A stretch of DNA of 64,000 bases from Octopus sinensis (GCF_006345805.1 NC_043004.1:10788001-10852000); one strand, 5' to 3'; positions 27,766 through 41,513 are shown, counted from the first letter of the stretch. Translations and numbers: made by a program. Notes: a model not told the origin generated them from the letters alone.

Positions 27766-27989
27766 GTGTGTGTGTATATGTTTGTGTGTCCGTGTCCCTC
27801 TAGCATCGCTTGACAACCAATGCTGGTGATTTTACGTCCACGTAACTGAGCAGTTCGACAAAAGAACCAATACAATAAGTACTAGGCTTACAAAGAATAT
27901 GTCCTGAGGGCGATTTGCTCGACTAAAGGCGGTGCTCCAGCATGGCCGCAGTCAAATGGCTGAAACAAGTAAAAAAGTAAAAAAAGTAC
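27570..27989 (+). mobile_element. SINE-A, full length
   Basis: Head, TA/TG tract and tail homologous to the other copies. Confidence 0.9.
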
Positions 27990-28361
27990 TACATCCTAAT
28001 TAGCTCATTTTCATGCTTGTCATACGCAATACCTTAACACTGTCATGGTTGTTGATTTTCACTCAACGTCTCTAAGTAATTTCTTCACATGCTTACCACT
28101 AAGTGTAGCTATTCGCCGCACCGCCATAGCACAGCATAAGAACAACATGCCACCCGCCCGCCCGCCCGCCAGCCCTATGGCTTGCTCTTCCATAAAATAA
28201 TTTGCGTTACCCCAAATTGTAAGGCACTTAAAATCTACGAGACAGACATTGCAAGCACAGCAGTGTATCTTTGTCAAAAAGTAGGCGGAGTTTAGAGATA
28301 ACCGAGTGTGGAAATATTCAAAAAGATAAATGTCTGTGAAAACACGAAAGGAGTAATGGTA

Positions 28362-28408
<47 letters not shown>

Positions 28409-28481
28409 ATTTTATATAGAAACTGAAGCTCAGAGTTGGCCTCGAGTCGGGTTTCATGCCAATGCAATATAGCGATATATG

Positions 28482-28512
<31 letters not shown>

Positions 28513-28734
28513 GTGCGTATCTTTGTTTATGTGTGTGTCTGTGGTGTGTATGTGAGTGCTTACGTATGCATGTCTCTTCTACTTTTTAATCATTATAAGT
28601 CTTCCACTAAGGAGGGAGCCGGTACCTATGTATGCAGTCAGACTTCCCACGTCATCAGAAGAGATAAACTTATTTTCCCTTCATCATGTAAATTATATTC
28701 CTTTCTTTTCTACTCTCGCTCGGCACAAGGTCCG

Positions 28735-29226
28735 ATATTTTGAATGGATGAAAGTCAAAGTCGACCTCGGCAGAATTTGAACTCAGAACATTGCTCAGAC
28801 AGACGAAATACGTATTTCTTTACTACCCATTGGGTGCTAAACACAGAGAGGGCAAACAAGGACAGACAAACGGATTAAGTCGATTATATCGACCCCAGTG
28901 CGTAACTGGTACTTATTTAATCGACCCCGAAAGGATGAAAGGCAAAGTCGACCTCGGCGGAATTTGAACTCAGAACGTAGCAGCACAAGAAATACGTGTT
29001 TCTTTGTTATCCACCAGTGGCTAAATATAGAGGGGACAAACAAGGACAGACACACGGATTAAGTCGATAACATCGACCCCAGTGCGTAACTGATACTTTA
29101 TTTATTGATCCCGAAAAGAAGAAAGGCAAAGTCGACCTCGGCGGAATTTGAACTCAGAACGTAACGGCAGACGAAATACGGCTTCGCATTTCGCCCGGCG
29201 TGCTAACGTTTCTGCCAGCTCACTGG
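28735..29226 (-). mobile_element. SINE-G with internal ~184 bp tandem repeats (3 B-box units)
   Basis: GTCGACCTCGGC[A/G]GAATTTGAACTCAGAAC occurs at ~28760, 28947 and 29131. Confidence 0.85.
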
Positions 29227-29387
29227 CTTATGTAAATTACATTAACATAATACAACTATTATATTGGATGACAAATATATTAAGTTTCGACCTTCATTTT
29301 AATCATAATGTGTCACGGCTAACATGTGATACTTTTACTTACGTGTTAACATGCAGAGACAAACACACGCACACACACACACACACA

Positions 29388-29436
<49 letters not shown>

Positions 29437-29647
29437 CACATACACACACACACATACATTTTCACAATTGTATCAACACTTTCTCTCTTGTCCCACTTCT
29501 CGTTCTCTCTCCGATACAGTTGCAAATGTATTAAGCCCTCCACATACGACGACAGAAAGTAATAGAAAAAAAATGTAACTTCATCTCAATGCGATTCATT
29601 CAACCTTATTTTCATCACTTTTTCATTAAGTTAGTTAATTTTGTTGC

Positions 29648-30397
29648 TCATTATTTACATTATTTACATTATTTACATTCGACGGATATTTGTCCTTATT
29701 TTGTTTGTTGTTAACACAACGTTTCGGCTTCTTCAGGTGTCTTGGGGAAATTTCGAGCATGGGTTCTCATTCCTAAGGTATTTTTCGATGTTATTATCAT
29801 TATTGAGTGAGAGAGCAGTGCATGCCATCAAAGTGACACTGGGGTAAAATATACAAAGCGCATTATACCCATCATGTCTACCCGTCTGGTAAGGGTACAC
29901 TAGGCACATTCATCACAACCATATGTACGCGACATGGAGATCTCATATCAAGATAAACAGCGCATGACCTTGCAGGTGGGGGCCCAGTTAGAATTTTCTT
30001 CAGGTCAAGTAACCCATCCCACTCAAAAGGTCCCTGAATAAGGGTTGTTTAAGGATGTTGAATGAAACACCCAGTTTCCAGAGGTGAAAAATTCAAACCC
30101 CAAATAATCCCTCTCAACACATGGCTATGATGCACCCCCACTACTTCTGCTCGTGATCAGAGATGGACATATCGTCAGCCACTAAGGGACATGGTCAACT
30201 GGTTAAGGTTAAACAACTGACAAGCAAATCTGTGATATTGAGCAGAGCATTTGTTGTAGCCCAAGACAAAACAATGTACATTATTATTATTATTATTATT
30301 ATTATCATCATCATTATTGTTATTGTTCAGTTCACTGTTTGGAATCGAACTTGGAATCTTGGGACTAGTAGCCGCGCTCTTAACCACTACGCCATAT
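29648..30397 (-). mobile_element. SINE family B copy, interrupted in its (AAT)n linker by another retroposon segment
   Basis: Tail at 29648-29805. Head is the reverse complement of ...GGAATCGAACTTGGAATCTTGGGACTAGTAGCCGCGCTCTTAACCACTACGCCATATG (to ~30397). Confidence 0.8.
29807..30279 (-). mobile_element. Retroposon 3' segment inserted into SINE-B microsatellite
   Basis: About 470 bp of higher-GC non-SINE-B sequence between two AAT/ATT tracts. On the minus strand it ends ...GCACTGCTCTCTCACTC followed by AAT repeats. Confidence 0.5.
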
Positions 30398-30998
30398 GCC
30401 GTTCACAGTTAGATCAACATGCAAATATAAGAGAGAACGAAAACAATAAAGAAATGTCGCTGACTGGCATCTAACAATACTCTTTTGAAGCAAAATCGTT
30501 TGGAACAGAACTTCCATATTCATATCTTCGTAGATGACTATTTTGTAAATATCCGTCGAATCTAAATAATGTAAATAATGTAAACAATGTCCATAATTCC
30601 TCATCTCTTAAATATAGAACTGTAATTTTGTTGTTGTTACTAATTCTATATTTCTTTTAATCAAGAGGGGGAAAAGGCGTTCACGACATTTCACAGAACC
30701 TCCAAGACCTTTGGAAGAGAGGATATAATGTCCTCAAACCGGAGGCTTTAGATGAATGTTTGAAACAGCTCTGATGGCAGGTGGTAAGTTAAAACAGAAA
30801 CATGTGAGCTGTGTGGGACGTTTGCTTCTCAATCACATGGTTCCGGGTTCAGTCCCACTGCGTTGCATTTTAGGCAAGTGTTTACTACTATAACCTCGGG
30901 TCGACCAAAAACCGGTGAATAGATCTGACAGACGGGAACAGGAAGAAGCCCGTCGTAAAGGTATATATATATACATGTGTGTGTGTGTGTTTGTGAGT

Positions 30999-31051
<53 letters not shown>

Positions 31052-31140
31052 TATGTGTATGTATGAATGTATGTAGTATGTATGTATGTATGAATGTATA
31101 TATTTATGTATGTATGTATGAATGTATGTATGTATGTATG

Positions 31141-31174
<34 letters not shown>

Positions 31175-33241
31175 TGTGAGTGTTGAGTGTGTGTGTGCTT
31201 GAAAAAAGGAATAGAATTGAATTTTCTATTAATTTCTATTCAATTTCTCAAATATATATGTGTGTATATGTGACTTTGTCTCCTTCCAACGCTTGACATC
31301 GGTGTTTGTCTGTTTACGTCCCCGTAACTCTCTTTTTGTAACTGTTTGTCTGTCTGTCTCTGTCTGTCTCTGTCTCTGTCTCTGTCTCTCTCTCCATGAA
31401 TCTATCTATTCTCAGAATCAGCTGTTTGCACTGTATGAAGTGAGATGCGGAACCACAGTCAATGTCCGCTTCTCCAGAATTAGAAACGGGCTGGGCATAA
31501 AGCTTACACTATTTACACGCTGAAATAAAAGAAAAAAAATAAACAAATATTTGATGCTTGTTGAGCCGTTCACAGTTAGAACTATGTGCAAATAAAAGAG
31601 AGAACGAAAACAATAAAGAAATGTCGCTGACTGGCATATAACAATACACTTTTAAAGCAAAATCATTTGGAACAGAACTTCCAGATTCATATCTCCGTAG
31701 ATAACTACTTTGTAAATAACTAGATATTAATACGTTAGTTTCATCAATGCTTTTATCTAGATTTGAATATGAATTAATTTATCTGGATGATATGTTCGCT
31801 GGGATGCAATTTGTAAACTTGTATCAGTATAAGTTTGTCTCTCAATGTAGGAGAATGCAACAGCGTGAGTATCTAGTGTGTATGTAGTATAAATCGACAT
31901 ATATGTAGTATGAATCGACATATATGTAGTATGAATCGACATATATGGCTGTATATGAAATTACTCTATTGACCTACGTTTGCTAACAAATTGGCCTGAG
32001 ACAATGGAAGAGGTAGATTTAAACTGTAATAGGATAACAGAAAGAACAAAAACCACATTTATTACTTGAACAGTAGAGAGAATAATAATATAACTTTCTA
32101 GCTTTCAAGTTTCATGCATTTGATAGCCAGCTCTTTCTTTTTCCATCACTTCTCTTCTCCCTCTCCTGCTCCCCTCTACGCCTTTCCTTCTACTCTGTAT
32201 AATGGACACATAATTCAATATCTTGGGTGAGAATTGTGGTTAATTGAGGAATAATTCAGAATTATGTCTTAATTACATTGGAGAGACAGAGCAAATATTT
32301 TATTTAAATGTTTGTCGCAGCGTCCATGATACCTACGTAATTCATTAGTCTGTGTTTCTGCTGCAAATTAAATTAGTACTTTTGGTTCTGCGGCTATACT
32401 ACTAAGCTGGAATCACCAAGATTTACTGCGATAACAAACAGACATTAAAACGTGTTTTAGCAACACTAAGAACATCGTGTAAGATGCCATCAGCTTTTAT
32501 TATGTTACACTTGCCGGTTCATAAGTATTGAAATAAATTAGTAAATTGCCGATTTCGTATACTGATGTCTTATACATACATACATACATACATATATACA
32601 TACATACATATATACATACATACATAAAAACATACATACATACTTACATACATACATACATACATACATACATCGATGCATTAATGCATACATACATAGA
32701 TATGTACATACGTACATACATACAAAATGCATGTATATATATATGCATACATAGATACATACATACATACATACATGCATAAATGCATGCATACATACAA
32801 GGATACATACATCAATCAATATATGCATGCATTCATAAATACATCCATCCATCCATACATACATACATCAATTCATACATACATACATGCATGCATACAT
32901 GCATACATGCATACATACATGCATACATACATACATACATACATACATACATACATGCATACATACATACATACGTACGGGCATAATACAAGCAAAGCTT
33001 TCAGCGTTTTATATATGAAAGGGCTTTTTGTATTATTGTAGCATTTATGTGCTTCGATATACTATTCCAATGTCAGGTTCTCTCGAAAGCTTATATACTT
33101 TATAACTTCCAGTACCATATATATATATATAATATATATATATATATTATATATATATATATATATTATATATATATATATATGTATGTATGTATGTATG
33201 TGTATGTATATATATATATATATATACACATCTATCTCTGT

Positions 33242-33279
<38 letters not shown>

Positions 33280-33335
33280 TACGCAGATGTACTTGCATAG
33301 CAAGTAACCTGATCTGTGATCCTGTGCTGGAACGA

Positions 33336-33516
33336 AAACAATTGCGGCGTGGGAGGTGTTTATAAACCATTTAAGAAACATACAAAAACCGTTAGATTCT
33401 CTTCAACATTTAAATTTAATTTGCCTGGCAAATTAAATTTTAATGTTGAAGAGAATCTGACGGTTTTTGTGTGTTTCTTAAATGGCTTATAAACACCTTC
33501 CTCGCTGCAATTGTTT
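33336..33516. repeat. 181 bp near-perfect palindrome (axis at 33426, essentially no spacer)
   Basis: AAACAATTGC...AATTTGCC-T-GGCAAATT...GCAATTGTTT, ending in (TA)n. Confidence 0.9.
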
Positions 33517-34323
33517 ATATATATATATGCATAAGAAACTCTAATATGTATATATATTCTGATCTAATTTATAAGAAATATTTAACACGTCACACTTCTG
33601 GAACTATCAATGAAAAATAACCACATGTCTACAGCAATAGAAGGAATGTCTAAAGTCACCATTCATATATATATATATATATATATATATCAGTGGGAAA
33701 CATATTTAGTTAGATTAAGAAGTAAGAGTCGATAACTTTCATATGTCTGGAGTTCAACTACGTTTGGGAAGGTGAAATAATTTCATTTTATCAGAATTTA
33801 AAGGCCGTTTCCATAGCTTTCTTAAATGTATGGGTAAACTGTGCGAAGAAGCCAAGAACCATAAGTTATTGTATGAGTAAGTAGCATACCAGGCTCTCAA
33901 GTTATTCTCAAACCGTGGACCAGATCCGAATGCTTGCAGGAACGTAAGATTCTGTTAAAGGCGAATCAACAACTTTGGTGAGGCGCAATGTGGTCGACAA
34001 AATTGCGTACAATTTCCATTTAATTCTTTTCTCACAAAGCTGAGGTTAAACTGAGATTGTATTTTTATTCATCGTGTGAACGACGTAAAGGTGGGAATAA
34101 AATAAAATCGGATGTGCAGATATTTCTTTCATTTCGACAAGATAATTTCTAGAATCAATATTTTTCTATGACGAACCACAATCATTTGCAATCCCCTTGG
34201 TTTTTATAGAATTCAATGTAAATGTCAAATATCTCACTATCATATAGTGAATAGATAAAGAAAAAGAAGCGTTCGATCTTCCTCTGTGGTAATATATGTG
34301 TGCACCCATAACTATATACACAC

Positions 34324-34367
<44 letters not shown>

Positions 34368-34455
34368 GATGAATCTATGGAATGACGTTCCACAAATCCC
34401 ATCAATTTCGTAAAAAATGGGGGAAACAAGTTGTTAAAATTTGTAAGAAGTTGAA

Positions 34456-34545
34456 TTCTTGCTTACAATCGTATCGTACAAAGATATCATAATATAAATT
34501 CATGATTGAATTAAATAAATATCATCGTACTCATCAGTGCAGGAA
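34456..34545 (-). ncRNA. Degenerate hammerhead-like motif (left-arm copy)
   Basis: The minus strand reads TGCA-CTGATGA-GTAC...GTAC-GATA-CGATTG-T-A-AGCA. CUGAUGA is canonical but GAAA has become GAUA. Confidence 0.55.
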
Positions 34546-34849
34546 GGAAAGAAATCATAATACAAAGAACTTAAAAAAGAATGGAGCCAAAAAATTGGAT
34601 GTAGGGCATACATGCCCCACGCTGCATATATGGAGCTATAATTCTAATTTCCATACGTATCTATAAAGGGAACGTTTCCGATTCCTCTTTATTTATATCT
34701 TCAAATAACCGTTAAGTCGTTAGTTATGGTTCAATATCCGATATGATTCCCATCTCTTTCTCACACGGATCGCAATATGACTCTCCTAGATCCAATATTT
34801 TCTACTGTATTCTTTTTTAAGTTCCTTGTATTATGGTTACTTTCTTTCC

Positions 34850-34940
34850 TGCACTGAAGAGTACGGTGATATTTATTTAATTTAATTCGATCATGAATTT
34901 ATATTATTATATCTTTGTACGAAACGATCGTTTGCAAGAA
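34850..34940 (+). ncRNA. Type I hammerhead-like motif with long stem II
   Basis: TGCA-CTGAAGA-GTAC...(52 nt, partly self-pairing)...GTAC-GAAA-CGATCG-T-T-TGCA. Stem III palindrome is ACGATCGT and the triplet is GUU (34930-34932). Confidence 0.65.
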
Positions 34941-35155
34941 ATAAACTTCTTATAAATTTTGACAATTTGTTTCCTCCATTTTTAACGAACTTGGCGGGAT
35001 TTATTGAACTTCATTCATACATTACGTACAAGTACTACTTTCATATCTTCGCAAATTTACGCCTGTAAACTCCCAGCAAAGTATGAAGAATCAACATTAG
35101 AAATGTGTTTTGGAAACCTCCAATTAAGGGTCGAAACCACATTCAACATTTATAC

Positions 35156-35197
<42 letters not shown>

Positions 35198-35399
35198 TCT
35201 ACATTTAAACACATAAGAGATGGCCATAACAGGACATCTGACACGCTAGAGGGAGTAGTTAAAATCCAAACCACTATTGGGTTAATTTCCAAAGGGAATG
35301 AAAAATGAAAACATTTACCCTTTTATTTTCCATTACCTTTCGAAATTTTTTATGTGAATAATATATAGTCTATTCTGCCTTATAGAGGTTCTCGTGCCA

Positions 35400-36350
35400 C
35401 ACCACCACGGTTTCATGACGATGTCAGCGCAGCGTTGGAGACATCGAAGTGCCAAGAGTTAAGCTGGAGAGATGTTCAGATGGTGGGAAAGCCTGGAAAA
35501 GTTGAATCGGTCCACAGCGCGCTGGCAGGCGCCCGCAAAATGATCGACTGCTTGAAGCTGGCCAGGAGCTGGCGTCCACAGGGATGGTCATCGGCCCAGG
35601 TCGGTGAAGCAGTCCTCATCATTAGATGAAGGGGGTGTGTCGCGGAAAAGCGTACACAACCTAACACGGTGCACAAAGCTGCGGATATCGGCACGAGTCC
35701 GAAATTCATTACTGGATGGAGTGAGGGGGATGAAGCGCAGATTCCTCTGAGGAGGGAGCGTTCCGTCTCAGAGAGGAGAAGATCTGGAGGAATGTTAACA
35801 ACAGACTGAAGTGGAGGAGGGGTGAATGGGATAGAAGTAGGAGGGGTGGTGGGGATGATTGAAGGCTGGGAGGGAGGGGATAGGTGTATGTGCTGAGGGG
35901 ATTGGAGTGAGGGTGGGGGAGCCTATCAGGGAGGGAGAGGGGTAGTGGAGGAGTTGGGGTAGTGGCATCGGGCGTGATGGAAAGGAGGAGTGAGTGGAGT
36001 TTACGTTGTTTGGTGTGAGCGAGAAATCGATGAAAGTTGGTTTAAATGAATTATTTAACGTAAGGTAGTGTTTGCATGGGAGGGCAACTGAAAGGAGATG
36101 GAGATGGAAAAAAAAGAGGGAGAAGACGGTCGATGGTGTGTATTTTGGAGAGATTAGAGCGAATTGTGGCACGCATAAGGTGGTAGGATGTAGTACGGAG
36201 TATGGGTAAGATGGTCGTAGTAGAGTGGAGAATGGGGTGGAAATGGAGGCAGAAACCTTTAGGGATGAGGCAGTGATGTAAGCAGCGACTGAGGAACGAA
36301 ATGTGACTACAAGACAAAGACGGGTCACTCGAAGGCTACTCTTGAGGGCG
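35400..36350 (+). mobile_element. Purine-rich decayed LINE 5' region, possibly APE endonuclease of an RTE-like element
   Basis: GC-rich island in AT-rich DNA. Fragments such as SVCMGGQLKGDGDGKK and YFGEIRANCGT weakly resemble APE motifs (VYAPQ..EEK; GDLNAHVG). Many stops. Confidence 0.35.
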
Positions 36351-36374
36351 AAGTAGTCTGATTATATATATAGC

Positions 36375-36410
<36 letters not shown>

Positions 36411-36873
36411 AAGAGAGAGAGAGATAGTTCTAAATATATAGATGTATGCTTGTTTATGACTGTGCTTTAATAGATAAAGATAGGTAAGTATATGGATATA
36501 TATACAGGAACGTACACATGAAAGGGGATATGAAGAAGAATAAGTATAGCAGTCGATTACGAATACAGCGCAATGGAATAATCAGACTGTTTCGTGTATA
36601 TGTTTGACTCGTATTTTTGAAACTAAATTATGAAACAGTAATATAACGAAACATTCAATTTCGTTCGAGGTGACATGATAATTTTCAGCATATGCCAGCT
36701 TTGTAATGTCATATTCGTGCTATGTATTGCTTATATTTTTTGAGTTACGAATTTAACTAGTTTCAAGTCACGTTTAATTATAAAAATACGACACATTAGT
36801 TTTTAATGAATACGCACGTTTCCGCATATATGCACCTCTATCACTTTCTCTATAAGGCTAAACGCACACGCAT

Positions 36874-36908
<35 letters not shown>

Positions 36909-36997
36909 ACACACACCCACACACACACACACATACACACACACACACACACATAATCATATAGGTATACATATTTATATATGTATCGACTGATAAA

Positions 36998-37089
<92 letters not shown>

Positions 37090-37803
37090 GAGTGTATTTT
37101 TACCTTGTTCACGATTAACACGGAAAAAATAAATAAATAGATACCAGGGTAGCAAAAATCTCACAAGTAAAGATGTTGTAACTCCTTGTTTATAAAGGTA
37201 GAAACTTCGTGTTTACGCTGAATATTTTGAATAATATATGAATAAATAAATGGAGTTTAACGCAGGTGTAATCAAATATTTTTACTTTCGACACATGTTT
37301 CGAAAATTCCACTGATACTATTCAAAAGAATAAATGGTATAAACAATGCAATCTTCTCCTCAGGAAAGTGAAAAAAGCGAAACTCGACAGATTGGAGTAA
37401 TCTCGAGATCATTCAGCCGAAATTGCGAGGATGATCCGGTTCTTGACTGAAGATAAAAGGCTTCGAGTGACCCGTCTTTGTCTTTTTGTATCGTCTATCT
37501 GGATGTTCTGTTGTCCCCTTTTGTATCACCTAGCTGTCCGGATGTTTTACGTTCTTGCCCCATTTTGCATTTTATTATATATATATATATATATATATTA
37601 TATATTATATATATATATATATATATACATATAAAAGTAATGACCACTAGGTCTAGGTGGATTCCTAATATGCTAAAGGTAGACATTTAATTCACATATA
37701 GAGATCATTCTTTATACTTACTATATAATTGAATATTTTTCAGCAACGACCGAGTATGGATGATTCATCGAGTGGCATATACGATACATACATACATACA
37801 TAA

Positions 37804-37871
<68 letters not shown>

Positions 37872-37954
37872 TATATATATGTGTGTGTGTATGTGTGTGT
37901 GTGTATATATAAGTATATAAAATATCTATCTATTATCTATCGATCCATCGACCC

Positions 37955-38009
<55 letters not shown>

Positions 38010-38267
38010 CACACAAATATATGGGGATGTGCTAGAATATTTATTATGTACATTTATATTCATTGGACTGTCCATTATCAGTGAAATATTTTTCGCAGTT
38101 CATTTTCCATCATTAACAATTATGATTGGATTATAATCTGATTTCAAAATGAATAAAACAATTGATGGGGCGCCATGGAGAAGCGTTGTATAAATTTTCC
38201 TGTCGGTAAAATCATCGTGTACAACCGTCAAAATGTGTTATGAAACAATAACGAAATGAACAATATA

Positions 38268-38672
38268 GGCGTAGGAGTGGCATAGGCGTCGGAGTGGCAT
38301 AGGCGTAGGAGTGGCTGTGTGGTAATTAGCTTGCTTCCCAACCACATGGTTCCGGGTTCAGTCCCACTGAGTGGCACCTTGGGCAAGTGTCTTCTACTAT
38401 AGCCTCGGGCCGACTAAAGCCTTGTGAGTGGAAGTGGTAGACGTCGTATATATGTATGTATATTTTAGGAGATAAAAAATTATAAGGCAGAATGGTGAAT
38501 TGAAAATAAATTTTAATAAAAATGTGTGTATTGAAAATTAAAAAAATAATAAAAGAAAAAAATAATAATAAAAATTTTTTTAAATAATAATTAAAAAAAT
38601 AATAATATAATGTTATATATATATATATTTATATTTGTATATATGTATATATATATATATATGTGTATATAT

Positions 38673-38746
<74 letters not shown>

Positions 38747-38950
38747 TTGTTTGTGTGTCTGTGTTTGTCCACTCCAAATCGCTTGACAACCGATGCTGGT
38801 GTGCTTACTTCCCCGAATTCTAGCGGTTCGGCAAAAGAGAGCGATATAAGTACTAGGCTTACAAAGAATAAGTCCTGGGGTCGATTTGCTCGAGTAAAGG
38901 CGGTGCTCCAGCATGGCCGCAGTCAAATGACTGAAAGAAGTAAAAGAGTA
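38268..38950 (+). mobile_element. SINE-A with triplicated 5' end and AT-rich internal insert
   Basis: (GGCGT[A/C]GGAGTGGCATA)x2 precedes the head; tail at 38750-38950. Confidence 0.85.
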
Positions 38951-39281
38951 AACAATTACAGTACTACCTCATTTTACGAGAATCGCTTTACGAGACCCCA
39001 GGTTTACGAGTTTTATTTCCTTATACATTTTTCAAACACAAGATCTAAATTTTGAACGAATACAAAAGTTTCTACAACCATAACAAATGCATCTGCGTAT
39101 TTCCGAGAAACTTATTGAGAGCGAAAAAAAAACAAAAAGAACTTCTATGCAAAACAACCCTCGATCTCTTTTTTTTAAAAGAAATCTACAAGTCTGTCTT
39201 CGAGTGCTTGTGAATCGGCGATCGCGTCTAAAAGTCATGGTATGTGCGAGTCTAGTATGGACAAAAGTGATTCAAAAAACG

Positions 39282-39329
<48 letters not shown>

Positions 39330-39624
39330 TTTTTTTATTATAAAAGACCTTGACAACCATTTTACTTTACGTAAAGTATTCTTCATAGTCGACTGTTGTT
39401 TTATTGCCATTTATTTACGAGTATCATAAACTTTATTGGTAAAATATTTTTCTGACAACAAATTACGATTCATAATATTGCTACTATGGGAAGTTATTAC
39501 TCTGCTTCACGAGTTTCTGCACTTTACGGGTACAAGTCAGGTCGTGTATTGGGGCATTAATTTACAATCTAGTTTCCTAGGTGCCGATGCAAGAAACTCT
39601 CTGCACGAAGTACTTGCTTCAAAT

Positions 39625-40012
39625 TTTGGCACAAGGCCACCAATATTAAAGGAGGGGCAAATTGATTACATCGACCCCATTTTCAACTGATACTTATTTT
39701 ATCGCCCCCCAGAATAATGAAAGACAAAGTCGACCCCAACAGCGTATGAACTGTCAACAGAAAAAACGACGAAATATCTGTTTCTTTATTACCCACAAGG
39801 GGCTAAACATAGGGGGGGACAAATAAGGACAGACAAACAGATTAAGTCGATTACATCAACCCCAGTGCGTTACTGGTACTTAATTTATCGACCCGAAAGG
39901 GGGGGGGGCAAAGTTGACCTCGGTGGAATTTGAACCCAGAACGTAACGGCAGACGAAATACGGCTATGTATTTTGCCCGGCGTGCTAACGTTTCTGCCAG
40001 CTCGCCGCCTTA
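39625..40012 (-). mobile_element. SINE-G with 2 internal units
   Basis: AAAGTCGACC at ~39728 and AAAGTTGACC at ~39912. Confidence 0.8.
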
Positions 40013-40187
40013 TCTCAGCAGAAAATATTAATTACTGATCATTCTGAGCAGTCAATAGAAGGCGGTTAATCACGTTGCCATGCAACGAGATCGAGCGACC
40101 ATCAGGTCGTTGCAATGCTCACTTACTCCTGCATCAATCTCAGTTTTTCGAGCTTATAATGAACTTGGATATGCATACATACATACA

Positions 40188-40219
<32 letters not shown>

Positions 40220-40757
40220 AGTGTGTGTGTGTGTATACATATATGTATAAATACATATTTATATATACATATATATATAAATATATACACATATATGTAC
40301 AGTGATACACACACTCTCTCTCTCTTTCTTTTCTCTCTGTCTCTCTCGCACACACACACACACACACACCACACACACACACACGCATTTATTCTAGCAA
40401 TTATTATTCTATACCACTGATAAATATTAGATAGCAATATCTCATTATCTGACTCAATAGATTATGACAAGAGGAACCGCCATATATAGCATTGTTGATG
40501 ATGTTAGTCCTGATGAGGAAGATATATAATTAAAGATATTCCAGCTGTGACAATGCCATCCTATGTAATATATGTCTACCACATACGATGTTCCTTTCTT
40601 TTTTTATCTACGATATCTACAAATTTTTGTCTGTTCGTCGATAAGGAGAATTTCACTTAGTGACAATATTTCTACTTACTTGTTTTATGTAAATCTTATA
40701 TTTACTGCAACTGAATTCTGCTCTGCCTACGTTAGGCATATATATACACACACACAC

Positions 40758-40797
<40 letters not shown>

Positions 40798-40807
40798 CAC
40801 GTATATA

Positions 40808-41160
40808 TGTGGCCCAGTGGCTAGGGTAGCGGACTCGTGGTCATAGGATCGCCGGCCGTTTCTATTCCCAGACCGGACGTTGTCAGTGTTTATTGAGCGA
40901 AAACACCTAAAGGTCCACGAGGGTCCGGCAGGGGATGGTGGCGAACCCTGCTGTACTCTTTCGCCGCAAATTTCTCTCACTTTCTTCTTGCTTCTGTATT
41001 ACCTGTATTTCAAAGGGCCAGACTTGTCACACTCTGTGTCACACTGAATTTCCCCGAGAACTACGTTAAGGGTACGCGTGTCTGTGCTCAGCCACTTGCA
41101 CGTTAATTTCACAAGCAGGCTGTTCCATTGATCGGATCAACTGAAAGCCTCGTCGCCGTC
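40808..41160 (+). mobile_element. SINE family F
   Basis: TGGCCCAGTGGCTAGGGTAGCGGACTCGTGGTCATAGG...CCCTGCTGTACTCTTTC...GCAGGCTGTTCC. Confidence 0.85.
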
Positions 41161-41161
41161 G

Positions 41162-41207
<46 letters not shown>

Positions 41208-41303
41208 CCGATAGTCAAATGAAGTCTAGCATACTGAATACAGCAAAAACAATTTCCAAATAATTAAAATTTCGTCCACATCGGTGAAAAAATTCATTAG
41301 CTT

Positions 41304-41513
41304 TACGCTGGGGCACTGAGAAGTTCCTGGCTTAGAGTAACAGAAAATATAGAATCATTTTTTGTTCAACATATTCCCTTCTCAGATACACACGATTATT
41401 GCAGTAGTTTTTCAGTGTTTCTAAACCCTGTAAAAGAACACAGAAGGTTGGGCTCTAACCATGCCTTTCGCGATACCCTTAAAACCAGGAACTTTTCAGC
41501 ATTCCCTCGTGTA
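41304..41513. mobile_element. Tc1/mariner-type MITE
   Basis: Degenerate ~30 bp TIRs, TACGCTGGGGCACTGAGAAGTTCCTGGCTT / AAACCAGGAACTTTTCAGCATTCCCTCGTGTA, with TA ends. Confidence 0.7.

Larger units (their letters stand above)
34375..35020. mobile_element. Inverted-repeat element (~230 bp arms, ~180 bp spacer) with a hammerhead-like motif in each arm; Penelope-like inverted-repeat remnant
   Basis: 34387 GTTCCACAAATCCC...GGATGTAGG 34604 is an imperfect reverse complement of 34785 CCTAGATCC...GGGATTTATTGAAC 35009. Confidence 0.75.

Noticed and set aside
31890-31947. Three copies of a ~22 bp minisatellite (AATCGACATATATGTAGTAT)
   Set aside because: Ordinary local slippage with no further structure.
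37280-37320. Hammerhead-like GAAACATGT on the minus strand (also CTGAAGA at ~37448 and GAAACAGTC at ~36590 minus)
   Set aside because: The core or stem II is too degenerate and the cleavage triplet is not NUH or cannot be placed.
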